This document shows positions 1 to 11,800 of a DNA stretch of 64,000 nucleotides, piece by piece. The stretch is from the NCBI GenBank assembly GCA_013115145.1, contig JAAPAO010000129.1:3001-67000 (forward strand), in the 5' to 3' direction. The translations under genes and the position numbers were made by a program. Source of the DNA: Perkinsus chesapeaki ATCC PRA-425 (lineage: Eukaryota > Protista > Perkinsozoa). Within the stretch, counting starts at the first letter, position 1; every line of letters starts with the position of its first letter. Under the pieces are notes generated by a model. It was not told the origin of the DNA. It searched no databases and saw nothing but the letters and a program-made list of their open reading frames with translations.

Positions 1-1
1 A

Positions 2-1038
2 TTATAATACCGTAGTACATCGATGAAGTAATCGTCGGTGGTCTGCTGCTGCTCTAATGGCTCTATTTCCAATGTCTCACAGTTTCGTTTTATAGTTAAC
101 ACAACAAAAGGCGATAATCAAGTTGATAAATTAACGTTCGAATCCAACATATCTGACATGTCCGCCGTGGCTTGATCGGGATACTCTACCTACTTACCGT
201 GATTGGCCTGATAACCTCTCCTGAGCTCCGGTTAGTCTGGGAGCTAGCTGTTTGGCGCATTCAGGGCTCAACATCTCCACACGCGTTACAGCTTCTGGTA
301 AACTAGGATGAGTTAGTTCTGTTGGAAAATGATATTGAATATTAAGCCAACGGATGATTTACCTCCTTCTTCTGGGAACAGGTGTGCCTTGGATGTGCCA
401 TAGGGTTGTAAACCCTCCATCACTGAGAAGCTTCGTGGGTAGTCAGCTCGCAGCCTGCTCATCCTTAACGGGTGGACCTTCGATTCTCCTTCAGAGGCGC
501 ATGCTGCTTTCCACGGTGCCCGCATAGCCTGTAGGGGAACTCTACCGACCGGCTTTCACTTGGTGAATAACCTTTCGACCAGCTCTAGTGAGTACAAGTG
601 GTTTCGTAGGAGTTAAGCCTAGATAGGCCACATCATAGCGAGGAAAGCTCAGCTCATACAGTGTCTCATCGCCGAATAAACTACACTTCAGTTGCCTGAT
701 TGATATTATTTACAAAACCTTTTTTTGGTCCCTTACGATGAAGAGGATGTCGTTGAGGCTTGCGGAGGGGGTACAGCATCAGTGCAGAAGGTTGTCTGTC
801 CGCCCTATCATGGGTTTGCTCTACCTATCAAGCTCCATCGCTGCCTACCTCGTGTCCTCCTGCTCTATTTCTGGCTATGTTTTTGATAAGACCCTCACTG
901 AAGAAGTGATATCTATTACACGGTATCGCTTAGCATGCGTTTAGACTGAGGAGCGCACTTGTCAACTTTCAAGAGGCCTTCATCGTCCTTAAAAGATTTC
1001 CTCTTTTCCTGGCTCCTTCTTTTTGCACTGTGTGACAT
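2..1038 (-). CDS. Hypothetical protein, multi-exon (MSHSAKRRSQEKRKSFKDDEGLLKVDK...)
   Basis: Hand splicing of GT-AG introns gives an open frame from ATG at 1038 through ORF 313-525 to a possible TAA at 2-4. No recognisable domain. Confidence 0.45.
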
Positions 1039-1206
1039 TTGTACACCTCCAGCATAACTTTATAAATTGACCACCACAACACAGTAATGTTTGAACAACA
1101 GCTACGCACAAGCGCATGAGGATGCCGCATCAAGCTTCATGCTGAACGATAACGCTTGCCCGAAGACTTGAGTAGTTCTTCAAGTCGAGCCGCCGCCTCG
1201 CTCAAA

Positions 1207-2283
1207 TCACGCTCGAGGGACTTCTTCAATGCTTGAATCCGTCGAATGGCTCCTAGCAACAATCGAGTTCACCATCGCCGCCAGCTTGAGCATACCCTTC
1301 TCTTGTACGACTGCAGTCGCTAGCCTCTCATCTACCTCACCCGCCTCGGTGGTAATCAGATCTTGCAGCGCCTCTATAGAGTCCCAGTCCGAGTCTAACA
1401 GAATCAAGTGCCCCCTGCGGAGGGGTGTCGGCTTCACCAATGCTGTCTGTTGTTCCCCGAATATGTCGAATTATTAATGGAACGCCTCCGCGATCCACGA
1501 ACTCGTATCGGTACCTAAGCCGCGGCTCCAGCAGCAGGTGCCAGGAGATGTAGTTACCGAGAAGAAAGACGATAGATGTTTGAAGCCAGACTGAAGGCTG
1601 TGGAGCGTACACCTTCGACGTGACTGCCCATGAACGGAAACAATAGTGGGAATAGACCGTGCTAAGGGATGACCATCAGCCGTATGCTAACTATAGCCTT
1701 CTTCGTACCCGATACATATCTTGACAATTTACTGGGGAGTCAATGGCAAGATAACTCAGAGCTACTAGTCCGCAGTCGATCCGATCCTTCGTTGATTCGG
1801 GTGACCTGCGCATCTTTTTTACAACTGTTAGCGCATAAATGCAGACCTGACGAAGTCGACGAGTGTGGCGATGCCGCCAGCTAGTCGAACTCTTTCTTTT
1901 GCTTCTTGTGCAACATCGTCCCCTTCAGAGTATGCAGCAATAGCAATTCTAGTGCCTATATGAATAGGCATCATCAACCGTTAGAGCATGAGTGGCGGCT
2001 ACCAGCAATGACGCCTATCGTTCGTGGGTTATCCGCCCATGCATGGTGGGCCCCATAATCCTCTGGCATGATGTATGGCTCAAGAGAGCCTAGTAGCTCG
2101 ACTAAGACCTCATAATCGCGATTCTGACTCGCTAGGACAAATCTGTTCCGGACTGTTTGACAGGATGTAAAGGATGCTACATGCTCACTTGTGATAGTCG
2201 GTGGTCCCTAGACCGTACTGTTCAAGAATGCTTTTGGCTTTGTAACGGGTGTATTCACGATCAAAGCAACAATTATTGCCCAT
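1207..2283 (-). CDS. ARO: Armadillo-repeats-only (ARO) homolog, rhoptry-positioning protein family
   Basis: Spliced product begins MGNNCCFDREY (myristoylation/palmitoylation signal; PfARO also begins MGNNCC). It contains HAWADNPRTIGVIAGTRIAIAA, DRIDCGLVALSYLAIDSPVNCQDMY and DSIEALQDLITTEAGEV, colinear with the apicomplexan ARO sequence as I recall it. Confidence 0.85.
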
Positions 2284-2774
2284 TCATGTAAAGGGGCGGT
2301 GAAGAGGAAGTGCAAATACAAAAACGCTGCAAGCGATGATACACAAATCGCTACAATTTCAACGTAGTCATCGACGAGGATAAGAAATACACACTGCCCT
2401 GAATCGCAATGGAGATGACACCACTCCGGTTAGCCGACAGATGGATCGGTATTATACAGTCCCTTGTTGAAGACTAAATCAGTGTCGACTTGTCTTAGGG
2501 TGTTCACCCACTGCTTAACATTCAAGTAGTATTTAACTAGTGCATCAGTACGAAAGACTAATATAAAAACCTACTCCGCATATTGGAGCTCAGATGAATT
2601 GGGTAAATATATCATCACATGCATATTCAATACAGTTCATCAAGTGCCAACGAATCCATCGCAGCACACATCATAGCTAAAATCGATCAGTCGGGCGAGC
2701 GCTTTTTACATAGAGGGCCGCTGTACACCTATCGATCGTTCTCTTCTACAAGAGTGCTTCCTAGCCTATCCGCC

Positions 2775-3213
2775 ATGGATTCCAACCAACCCAAGCTTGC
2801 TAAGGTCGAGAAGGTCATCGGACGTACCGGTTCCCGTGGTGGCGTTACTCAGGTAATTGTCGTTGTCATTATTGGCTGGTTTTCGCCATGTAGATTAATA
2901 CTTGACTTGAGCACTGCTATTGCTTTAATGTGATGATTAATATTTCGCCCCTATCTGAGCTCCGGTAATGCGGAGAACATACCACTTATTAGTCTTCTTG
3001 ACTGATTAAAGCAACATCAGCTTAGTTATTCCTTTTTTCCTGTTACCTTTGCCTTTCCCTTATATCGTATTTTAGGTGCGCGTTCAGTTCATGGTTGAGA
3101 CTGCTCCCGAGCTCGCCGGCCGTTCCCTTGTCCGTAATGTGAAGGGCCCCGTCCGTCAGGGTGATATCCTTGCTTTGCTCGAAACTGAGCGTGAGGCCCG
3201 CAGGCTTCGATAA
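2775..3213 (+). CDS. RPS28: 40S ribosomal protein S28 (eS28); exons 2775-2852 and 3076-3213
   Basis: [26 protein letters not shown]|[45 protein letters not shown]. Canonical S28 motifs; phase-0 intron of 223 nt. Confidence 0.97.
2921..3013 (+). ncRNA. Intronic box C/D snoRNA (snR60/U80-like guide for LSU rRNA)
   Basis: Terminal stem TGCTTTAAT (2921-2929) / ATTAAAGCA (3005-3013), box C GTGATGA (2930-2936), D' CTGA (2955-2958), box D CTGA (3002-3005). The guide TTTCGCCCCTAT (2943-2954) is antisense to the conserved LSU sequence AUAGGGGCGAAA. Confidence 0.88.
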
Positions 3214-3505
3214 GTTTCGTCAACCACCATCACAGTTACTGGATGGGTCCGGAAGATTAATCACTCTTGGTTGAACGATAACACTGTGTAGTTGCGTTGT
3301 ATTGCATTCAACATGGGGAGGGGTGGATGGTGGTTATTAGGATGACACCGTTGCTTTGACTTTATACTCAACTTAGGATACTATTAACAGACAACGTGTT
3401 GGTAAAGTCATGAATAAACATCCCAAAGGGGTTTGACATGATGATGATGCCTTTCAATAATACATTATCGTGTGCGTAACTGATGGCTTGGATATGACAC
3501 TATAT

Positions 3506-5283
3506 CTATGCTTGATCTGGTAGACTTGTGATACCCTCCTCCACGTCTGTTACTTCCCCCTCGAGGTCTGAGCAATAACACCATTCCAGCCGCCAGCAGC
3601 CGAGGTCATGGGTACTAACCCGTATCCTCCAGCGTCGTCATAATTACGGATATCTCGTGAATCGTGACTGCTGTATCGTCGTTGTACTGCAGGAGATCCA
3701 CCTGACACTCAAGCCGTGTAGTCCTCTGCTTTATGATGTTATTACGTCCACCACCACTAGTGATGGTGTATGCTCTAGCACCGTAAGCCGCCGGGTTGGA
3801 GCCACCCATCCTATCCATTCCTAACAACAACGACAGCCCAGTCCTATTTAACCGTCGTATAGGAGTGCATCACTTGTAGGGGATGGGAGCCTCCCATCAT
3901 AGGATGACCCACGCTGCTGCAGTCTCCTCGCTTGGCACGAGCACTCTGCTCCAGGACAGTTCCTAAGTGGCATCACCAAAGCCAGGCCATCTGGTCGAGC
4001 GTACTTCTCCGTGAGTGGCCGGGATGCTGGTGATGGTGGTGGCTTGCCTATAGTAGCCTGCGGTATCCTTGGTAATGTAACAGCTTGTGCTGTTGTTGTT
4101 GCTGCCATTGTTGTTGTATCCAGCTTGCTCATGTGTACTATAGTGCATGGTGGCCTGCTACTGCTGGTCTGAGAAGAGGCCACTGATCGGAGTAGGTACA
4201 CGTTGGTGTGACAGCCTACCTGTGAGCAGCTGTTACTACATACCAATCGAAGATCAAGATCTGCATCATGGCTGAGAAGATCCCTCAGCCTTAAATGTAG
4301 CAGCTCATGCTCGTTGATGAGTTGTATAATATTAGGGCACTGATGAGCAAGCATACAGCCCTCCACCACCACAGCAGCAGCAGCAGCAGCTTCCCACCTC
4401 TCTGAACTTAACGCTCTTCACACGTTTGTTGTGCTCAATGAGCCTTAGACAGGCCTGCCGCTCTATTGGACCATCACCCAGAGACACCACACCACCCACA
4501 GCTGGTGTGCAGCATTCTCTGACACAAGTCCTATCCTTACCTCCCTTGATGCCCATATTCCTACCGATTGAAAGCATCCACCTTCCAAGTGGTCATAAGA
4601 GCATTAAAGGGCCTGGCATGAATGGGGACACTTCGGACAAAGGGAAGTAAGGATGGCATAAACTGCTGGCAGGAAGCCTCCACCCATCCAGGAGCTGCAT
4701 TTGTTATTATCATCAACTGAATCCAGCAGTAGTTCTACAGCCTCGTTAGGGCTTCCCCTACCTGACCGTAGCTGGCTGCTATGTTAATGGTTGTCATTAC
4801 AACATCGCATAGGGTAGAAAGTAGCCTGGCTTGAGCTGAGCACACACTATTGAACGCGGTCATCCTCTATCCAGCCGATCATACCCGGTCTCATCCTCAA
4901 GTTGCCAATCTGTAGTAACCGTTGCCTTTCCAGCCAAGATGTCGGTAATATAGTATCATCCCAATCAAACACTATAATGCTCCTGTTGGGACCGCCGCGG
5001 ACCTTCTTCTCTGGTGTACCCTGCTGCTGCTGGGTTACACTTGGCAGCTGTGGAGATCGTGAAGGTTCTGGAGTAGCCTGCTGAGTGTGAGCATTGTGTA
5101 CTAGCCTTGGTGTATTGACCCTTACCCTATCATAACTGCTAGCTCCCTCCCCTACTAGCCTCCGATATGGCGGCTCTGAGAGTTAAGAAAATTAAGGGTT
5201 AATAATATTGTACGGCTACCCCTTAAGTTGGACTCGTGTTGTGATGGCCGAGATAAATTGCCATAAGGAGGGTTGTAAGGCAT
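3506..5283 (-). CDS. HAD-superfamily hydrolase (DWDDT type) with low-complexity N- and C-terminal tails
   Basis: Spliced motifs IIVFDWDDTILPTSW (motif I), IITNAAPGWVEASC (II), WKVDAF (III), VVSLGDGPIER (IV), KSVKFRE. Confidence 0.75.
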
Positions 5284-5419
5284 ACAAACAACACGACAAT
5301 GACGACTACAGCTCAATAATAATTATACCACATTTCCTTCGCATCGTAACCGCGCAACACCGTGCTCGCGTATAATAGAAACAGTTGTGGTAAATACGTT
5401 GGTGAACTTCTACAGTACA

Positions 5420-8315
5420 TTATTTTTTAGAGGAACGGCGTCTCTTTTTTGCCCTCCCGAGAAGCTTCATGCCATCAGCCTTCAAATCCACAGCAGCGGC
5501 AGCCTCTCCTTCGTCCGCTGCTGGGCCCAAGCGCTTGTCTAAGTTGCTGACCTTGGACTTGGATATGCCACTAGTTGGCTTCCTTGATCGCTTCCTCATC
5601 TGTTTTTTCCTCTCTATACGTGCATCCATGAGTTGACTCATAGCCTTCGTCTTCTTAAACTCTGGATGAGTAGGATCAATTGCAAAGGCAGTGTCTTCGA
5701 ACATCTTCGTGAATCGTGGATCATTTACATTAACCTAACCAACACCAGCAACAGTGCCTCAATTATACCTCAACACCGAACTGCTGGCCAACACCGAATA
5801 CGCCATTGGCATAGTGCCTCCCCCTATTCCCTCCTGAGTACCTCCATATCCTTAGCCTTGGCCTCCGGGCCCTCCTCGGACTCCTTATGGCCAGTAATGA
5901 GCTCCAACTCCTCCTTCTGTCGTCCAGCCTCAGCTTTAGTTGCCTTGGCATCCTCATCCTCAGCAGCCATCTACGATCATGTAATAGCCTCCCACAGTGA
6001 CATCATACCCTAGCCTGTAGTCTCTTCTCTCTTTTAACCTTATCCTTCTGTTTCCTCTTATCCAGGTATTGCTCCCAAGGGCTCTTCTTCTCTGCAGCCG
6101 CTAGGCCAGCACGCCCGAGCTGCCCACTCTCCTTTAAGGCTGATGCTCGAGCCTCAACCTCCTCCGCCATAGCCTGGGTTGATGTATTGAATTTGAAGGT
6201 CATTTCACCTGAAGCCATAAGCCTATCCATACCCACCCCTTCGCAGCACCTATACCAGCAAGAGAGTCCCCTTCTTCTTTGCCCTTTTCCTCCTCCTCCT
6301 TATCGTCATCCTCACTGAGCTCCCCTCCTAGTAGCTGCTTTCGATAGTCCTCTACATTATCCTCATTAATGTCGGACTCCTCATCAGAAGATGAAGCCAA
6401 GTAACTAAAGCACCTCAACCAGGGCGCAGTGGGCCGTTATTACGCATCCAGATCAATCTCAGCGATATCTTCAGGAGTGAGCTTCTTAGATAGAAACCTC
6501 CTCTCTGGGGCAGGCTCATCCCAGGAACACTTGGCGTTGGTATGAGACTGTGCTTGCTGGTTATCATCTACATACACAATCAAATATGCTCCAAGATGCT
6601 GGTATACCCGGAATTTTACCAGGGCAACTACCTGAACCCCGCAGCGATACCCCAATACTGGCTAAATTCAAGCGACCTGGTCGAAGGGGTGCTGCGTAGG
6701 AAGAAGAATATGCTACCAGATTTCCGTCAGATCACAATCGACTTGATACTATTGAAATTGATAATGACTTCTACATTTAAATATTTGGCACCCCTCCATA
6801 TTAGTACTGTTAGTCTTCTGATACTTCTTAGGCATCTCGGTACATGTGCTAGTGGGAGGATGAGGAAACTCTTCCAACTCATCAGGTACAAACCGCAAAT
6901 CCATCATCATCGAACAGAATGAAGCTCCGATACCATCCAGCTCTAAACTCATATAAGATGGCACCATAACCCCCTACAGCCCAGACTACCATTGTAGACG
7001 AGATCGCCAGTCTCCCTGCTATCAAACTCCGCTATAGCATAGTAGTACTTTGTTCGCTGCCTTTGATACCTGGGCTCATACCGCTCTCTCCTCTAAGCGC
7101 CAAGAATTCCTCCATTACTTCCTCAAAGCTAGCTGCGCCAAATGTGCCTTGGGGTCCTGTATTTCCTTTTCCTTCTTAAGCCTCTCTGCTTCCATATCAG
7201 GCTCTTCATCAGTATCACTGGCACTGGACTCCCCAGCATCCAACTGAACCGACTCTCCCCCAAGCCGCTTTACAGGACCACTGTCTCACATCCTCTACAT
7301 CCGAATCCAACACCGGTCCTCGAACCTTCTCAATTTCCAACCTCTTCAAGCCGTAATCAGACGGGAATATCTATTAACCGTTTCATGATCCCAGAACCCC
7401 CTTGCCTCCAGTAGTACTACCCGAACACGCTTCACCTTACGCGTGGCTCCACCACCCACACTCTTCTGAGTTGAATCCAGGAAGGTTTGGAACATTACAA
7501 AGATATCAGACGCCTCGGCCTCATCCCAGTTCAACCCCAACACCTGTAGGCTTATTACTACTCACAATGGTGGTTACCGCTGCCCTACTGCAACTCTGCT
7601 AGTAGCATCTCCCTGGAGCTTTTTTGACTCGTCATCGTCACCGTATGACCATACATTGGCCTTCTCAGCCTCATCACTAAGAGCGACCAGGGGCACTCCT
7701 TGAGCTCATATAAGCCTATATTTCCTACTTGTATTTATCCCATTCGACCTCACTAGCATCTTCCTCATCCGAACCTTAACAAAGACACCTCAATACAGCC
7801 CTTCACGCATCTACAACGGTTCCAGAAACCCTACTAGTGGTATATCCTGGCTTCCCCTGATCCCCTCACCGACCCTAGCCTTCCCCTATACTACTTGCTC
7901 CTTCACTATCACTAGACACTTCGTTCCATACAAACCCACTGCCAGTAACCCCTTGCTGTTCATCCTCGTCCTCATCCTCACTTTCCAAGTCCTTCTTCTT
8001 GCCAGCAGCATAGAACCGTTTCATGTCACCACCAGATGAGAACTATACATCATTTCCGAGGTGGCCCTCGACGACCCTACTACCTTCTTATCAGTGAGGA
8101 CTTTCGAGAATCTATCATCCAGTTCAACCTTGCGCACTGCCAATGGCACTTTATTAAACCGTGCCGCGTCCATCACGAACCTGCCATAACTATTTCCTTT
8201 ACCGTGGCCTCCCTACTACATACCTCTCATCCTCCTCAACAGGCTTACTAGGAGAGGCATCACTCGGCTGAGCCGCCTTCTTCTTGAGATTTGATTTCTT
8301 TTTCAATGGGGCCAT
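5420..8315 (-). CDS. ESF1: Pre-rRNA processing protein ESF1
   Basis: VLGLNWDEAEASDIFVMF, ELDGIGASFCSMMMDLRFVPD, KCSWDEP, DLDAYLASSSDEES, and C-terminal NUC153 motif DPRFTKMFEDTAFAIDPTHPEFKKT. Acidic/basic low complexity. Confidence 0.9.
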
Positions 8316-8814
8316 GTTGGAAAGGCACAGTAATATTCCGCTCTCGTGGAACGTCATTTGCGCGCGCCATTCTAATCGATATTTAGCGCATGTTGGTGAT
8401 GCTCAGTCCATGGTTACTTTGGTTTGATAATGTCAACGTTCGATGCCAATCGTATGGTTAAGGACTTCGATAAGACGGCAAATGATGTTGCTGGTAATAG
8501 CAATCGGGTTGGGGACAGCAACGGCACAAGGCTTGTGCAGTAACGTAGTTCCAGTGCGGTGGACCGCGTGGCAGTGGTATAGCCCTACTAACACTACTGT
8601 CGCAGTAGTTTGATATTGCCGATACTTTAATATTTTAAATGTTTACTGACTGGCTAATGGAGCTTCGTATTGGAAAGTCTCGGTTCGCTGGGTTGTTGTT
8701 GTTGTTGAGAATGCATGCCCCCGCTTAATGTGTCTTCAACTCAAAAAAGGGTCACTGGTTCCATATTTAGCCGTTAAACAGAGACTGGGGGGTATATTAA
8801 ACAAACTAACAGCA

Positions 8815-11800
8815 ATGAAGGCAAGTGCTGAGAAGGCCACTAAGGATAAACCTGTCATTCCTGATAGTAGGCTGTGGTAGAGGGAACACTAGGTACCGCG
8901 GCGTGCCTTCAGAAAAACGATTGATGCATCTTCGCGAGAGCGCCGCTAAAAAGGTCGAGGAGCTTGCAGATGCTGCTCATATTGCGGAACAGAGAGGTAA
9001 GTGGGTATTAATTAGTGTACGCCTATCAGTGAGATAGAGATTAGTAGTGTGGTGTAATACCACGTTGAGTTTATACTATATATAATCACTGCTGTGTGCA
9101 AACGGTCTAATGCGTGTTGTCATCGCTATTAGTGTGGTTCATCAGTAATGTTTGTTGTCCCTCAGCTAAGGGCAAGAAAAAGGGAGGCTTTGACTTGGGT
9201 TTCCTGGCATTGAAAAAGCTGGCAAAGGACGACAAGAGCCGAAGTCTCTATGAACGGCTCGGCGGGGACCTCAGCCTTGAAACTGCTGTTGATATGGTTT
9301 ACTCCAAGGCGGTCAAGGACTATAGGACCAGGTTAGGGGTGCTGCCTATGAAGGTGATATGATAGGGTATACTTCAGAGCCTATTTCGAGAAGAACCCGC
9401 AAAAGATGGCTCAGATAAAGAAGAAAATGCAGCAGTTCTTAACGGGTTTTCTGGGTACGCAAGTCGAGTGGGCGGTGGTGTGTGAATGTCGTTGCTGTAG
9501 GTGGACGGACGCAGTATGATGAGGAGAACTTGAAGCCAGCTCATTACTATCTAAATGTTACTGATTATCACTTTGATGCTGTACATGAAATGTTTAAGGA
9601 GGCATTCCACAATATGGGCGTGAGTATACATACCATATTTCCGTCATATTTCCGGACTGACCTCCACCTTAGCGGTATATACGCTATTAAAGGCACCTCT
9701 CGACAGGTTCATCCCGATGCTATACGAGACGGTATGCAGAGGATAGGTCAGGCTAGGAAGGACATTACTGCCGGATGTAAGGGCAGCAGCCTTTGCTACT
9801 ACAGCCTAAAGGGGGCGTGGGGATAGGTACGGTACGGATGGCTGTGGCACGGAGGAATATAGAGTTTGATAAAGGGGTGTTGTGGAGGCGTCTGGGTGGG
9901 CTGGATGGGTTTCGATTGCTCATGGATAAGGTATATGAGCTTGTATTGAGGGATCCAAGGTTGAAGCTACTTTTTAAAGGTATATTGCGCAGTTACGGTT
10001 GTTATTGATATTGTGGTGTGATAGGCTATGATATTGAGAGGATTAAAAGGGCACAGACACTCTTTATTGGGGAGGCACTTGGGGCACCTAAGCAGTACCA
10101 AGGTAAAGCGGTGCTGAGGTTAAGGGCTACACTATGCTGATGCTGTAGGTGCGGACCTTGCTATGGTGCATAGAGACATGGGCCTAAATGATTATATATT
10201 AGACTGCTTCTTTATGAACTTCGGGAAGGCGCTTACCAGTAAGTGCCTTATCCAGTATATTGAGATATCATGGTTATGGTAGGCATGGGAGTTGATGATG
10301 ATACGCTTGACCAAGTTATGGTAACTCTTGAGGGCTTTAGATCTGGTAAGTATTGCAAGGAGGGAATGCCCACAGGTTTAGCATTGTGAGGGTGATGTCT
10401 CTTAAGGGTCTTAAATGGAGGTTTTCACATGAACAATAATGGTATATTATTATTGCAGTGTGAATTCATTACTACTGCATCGCGGCATTCATCGTGTATA
10501 CGGCAAGATTCATCACACTGCGCATTTGCTCTATCTCCTCTATTGTTGTTCTTGACGTAGTCTTTGTTGTTGTTGTGGCACTTCAAGCGGTGAGAAGTAA
10601 TCAACGTAATCATTGTGGCCTCCCAGTAATGGGTTGGGATTGGGTTCTGAGCTAAGGGAATAGATACGTCCTGAGAGAAGTGCAATTATTACAAATGAAC
10701 TCAAGCTAACAACGATACTGCAGTAGACAGCAATTGTGTGACAGCGGCATGCATTCTATTTAGTAATATTCGACATACAGTGTATAGAATAGTTAAGTTA
10801 GTAATGATCTTGTTATATCATCTTCACATTGCTCTAACAGTTGTTAGTATTATATCAGATATACTTGGGAGGCAAAGAGGTATATCCTCGGCAGCTAAGA
10901 TAGTGGATGGCAAGAGTATACTGGACAGGTGACTCTACAACGCTTAGTTACATTTATTTCCCAGCTTAAAGCATCTTCGTCCACTTTTCAGAGTCGGCGG
11001 TCAAATAGCAGTTGAGTCCATTGTTGAGACCATGTTCTCGGGCATACTGCGAGATCCCCGGGTGCTCTACTTCTTCACATTGAATGGTATGGTTATAGAC
11101 AAGCTCAAGGAGAATGTGGTAGAACTGACCGCCATGCCGCCGCCGCACCGTGCCGACTGCTACTGTGGCTGCTTGTAGGTGATGGTTTTGGTCGGCCTCT
11201 TTGGTGGCCCGCGTAAATACGATTTATCCAATATTAGTAAAGTCCATTATCCTATTAACATAACCGACTTTCATGTCGACTGCTTCCTTGAGAACCTCAC
11301 TGTTGCCTGCGTGCTGAATGAGTTGGATGAAGCGCTCACTGATGATATAGCAGAGGCTGTGGCGAAGGTCAGGCCTAGCATTACCATGGGTAGGATCTCT
11401 TTAGCAGTCATTTATTCTGCTGCCATGGCGCTCTCATTGCCTCTTGTTGAGATGAGTCTTATGATACCTCTCCCAGGTTGCACAGTAAGGTTGGAGTTGG
11501 CCAGGAAGCGCACAGAGTCGGCCGGCACGCAGGGCTTATGGGCTCAGATTGGGGAGCACCGTGGCCTCGAGACATTTATCGATCGCCTTTATGACTGCTT
11601 GCAGGATGATGATAGGGTTAAACACTTCTTTACCGGCTCTAAACTTGAGGAGCTCAAGAAAAATCAAGGTAAGGTCGGAGAACTGTAACCGTAAGATACG
11701 CCTGGCAGGTTCCTATTTGATGGAGATGTTTGGCGGCCCGAGTGACTACACCGGTCGGGACTTGCCTACGATACATGCCAATATAAGAGTATCCGATTTT

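Noticed and set aside
2400-2600. Hydrophobic open frame upstream of ARO as extra N-terminal exons
   Set aside because: The MGNNCC start at 2283 matches the family N-terminus and must be at the extreme N-terminus for myristoylation.
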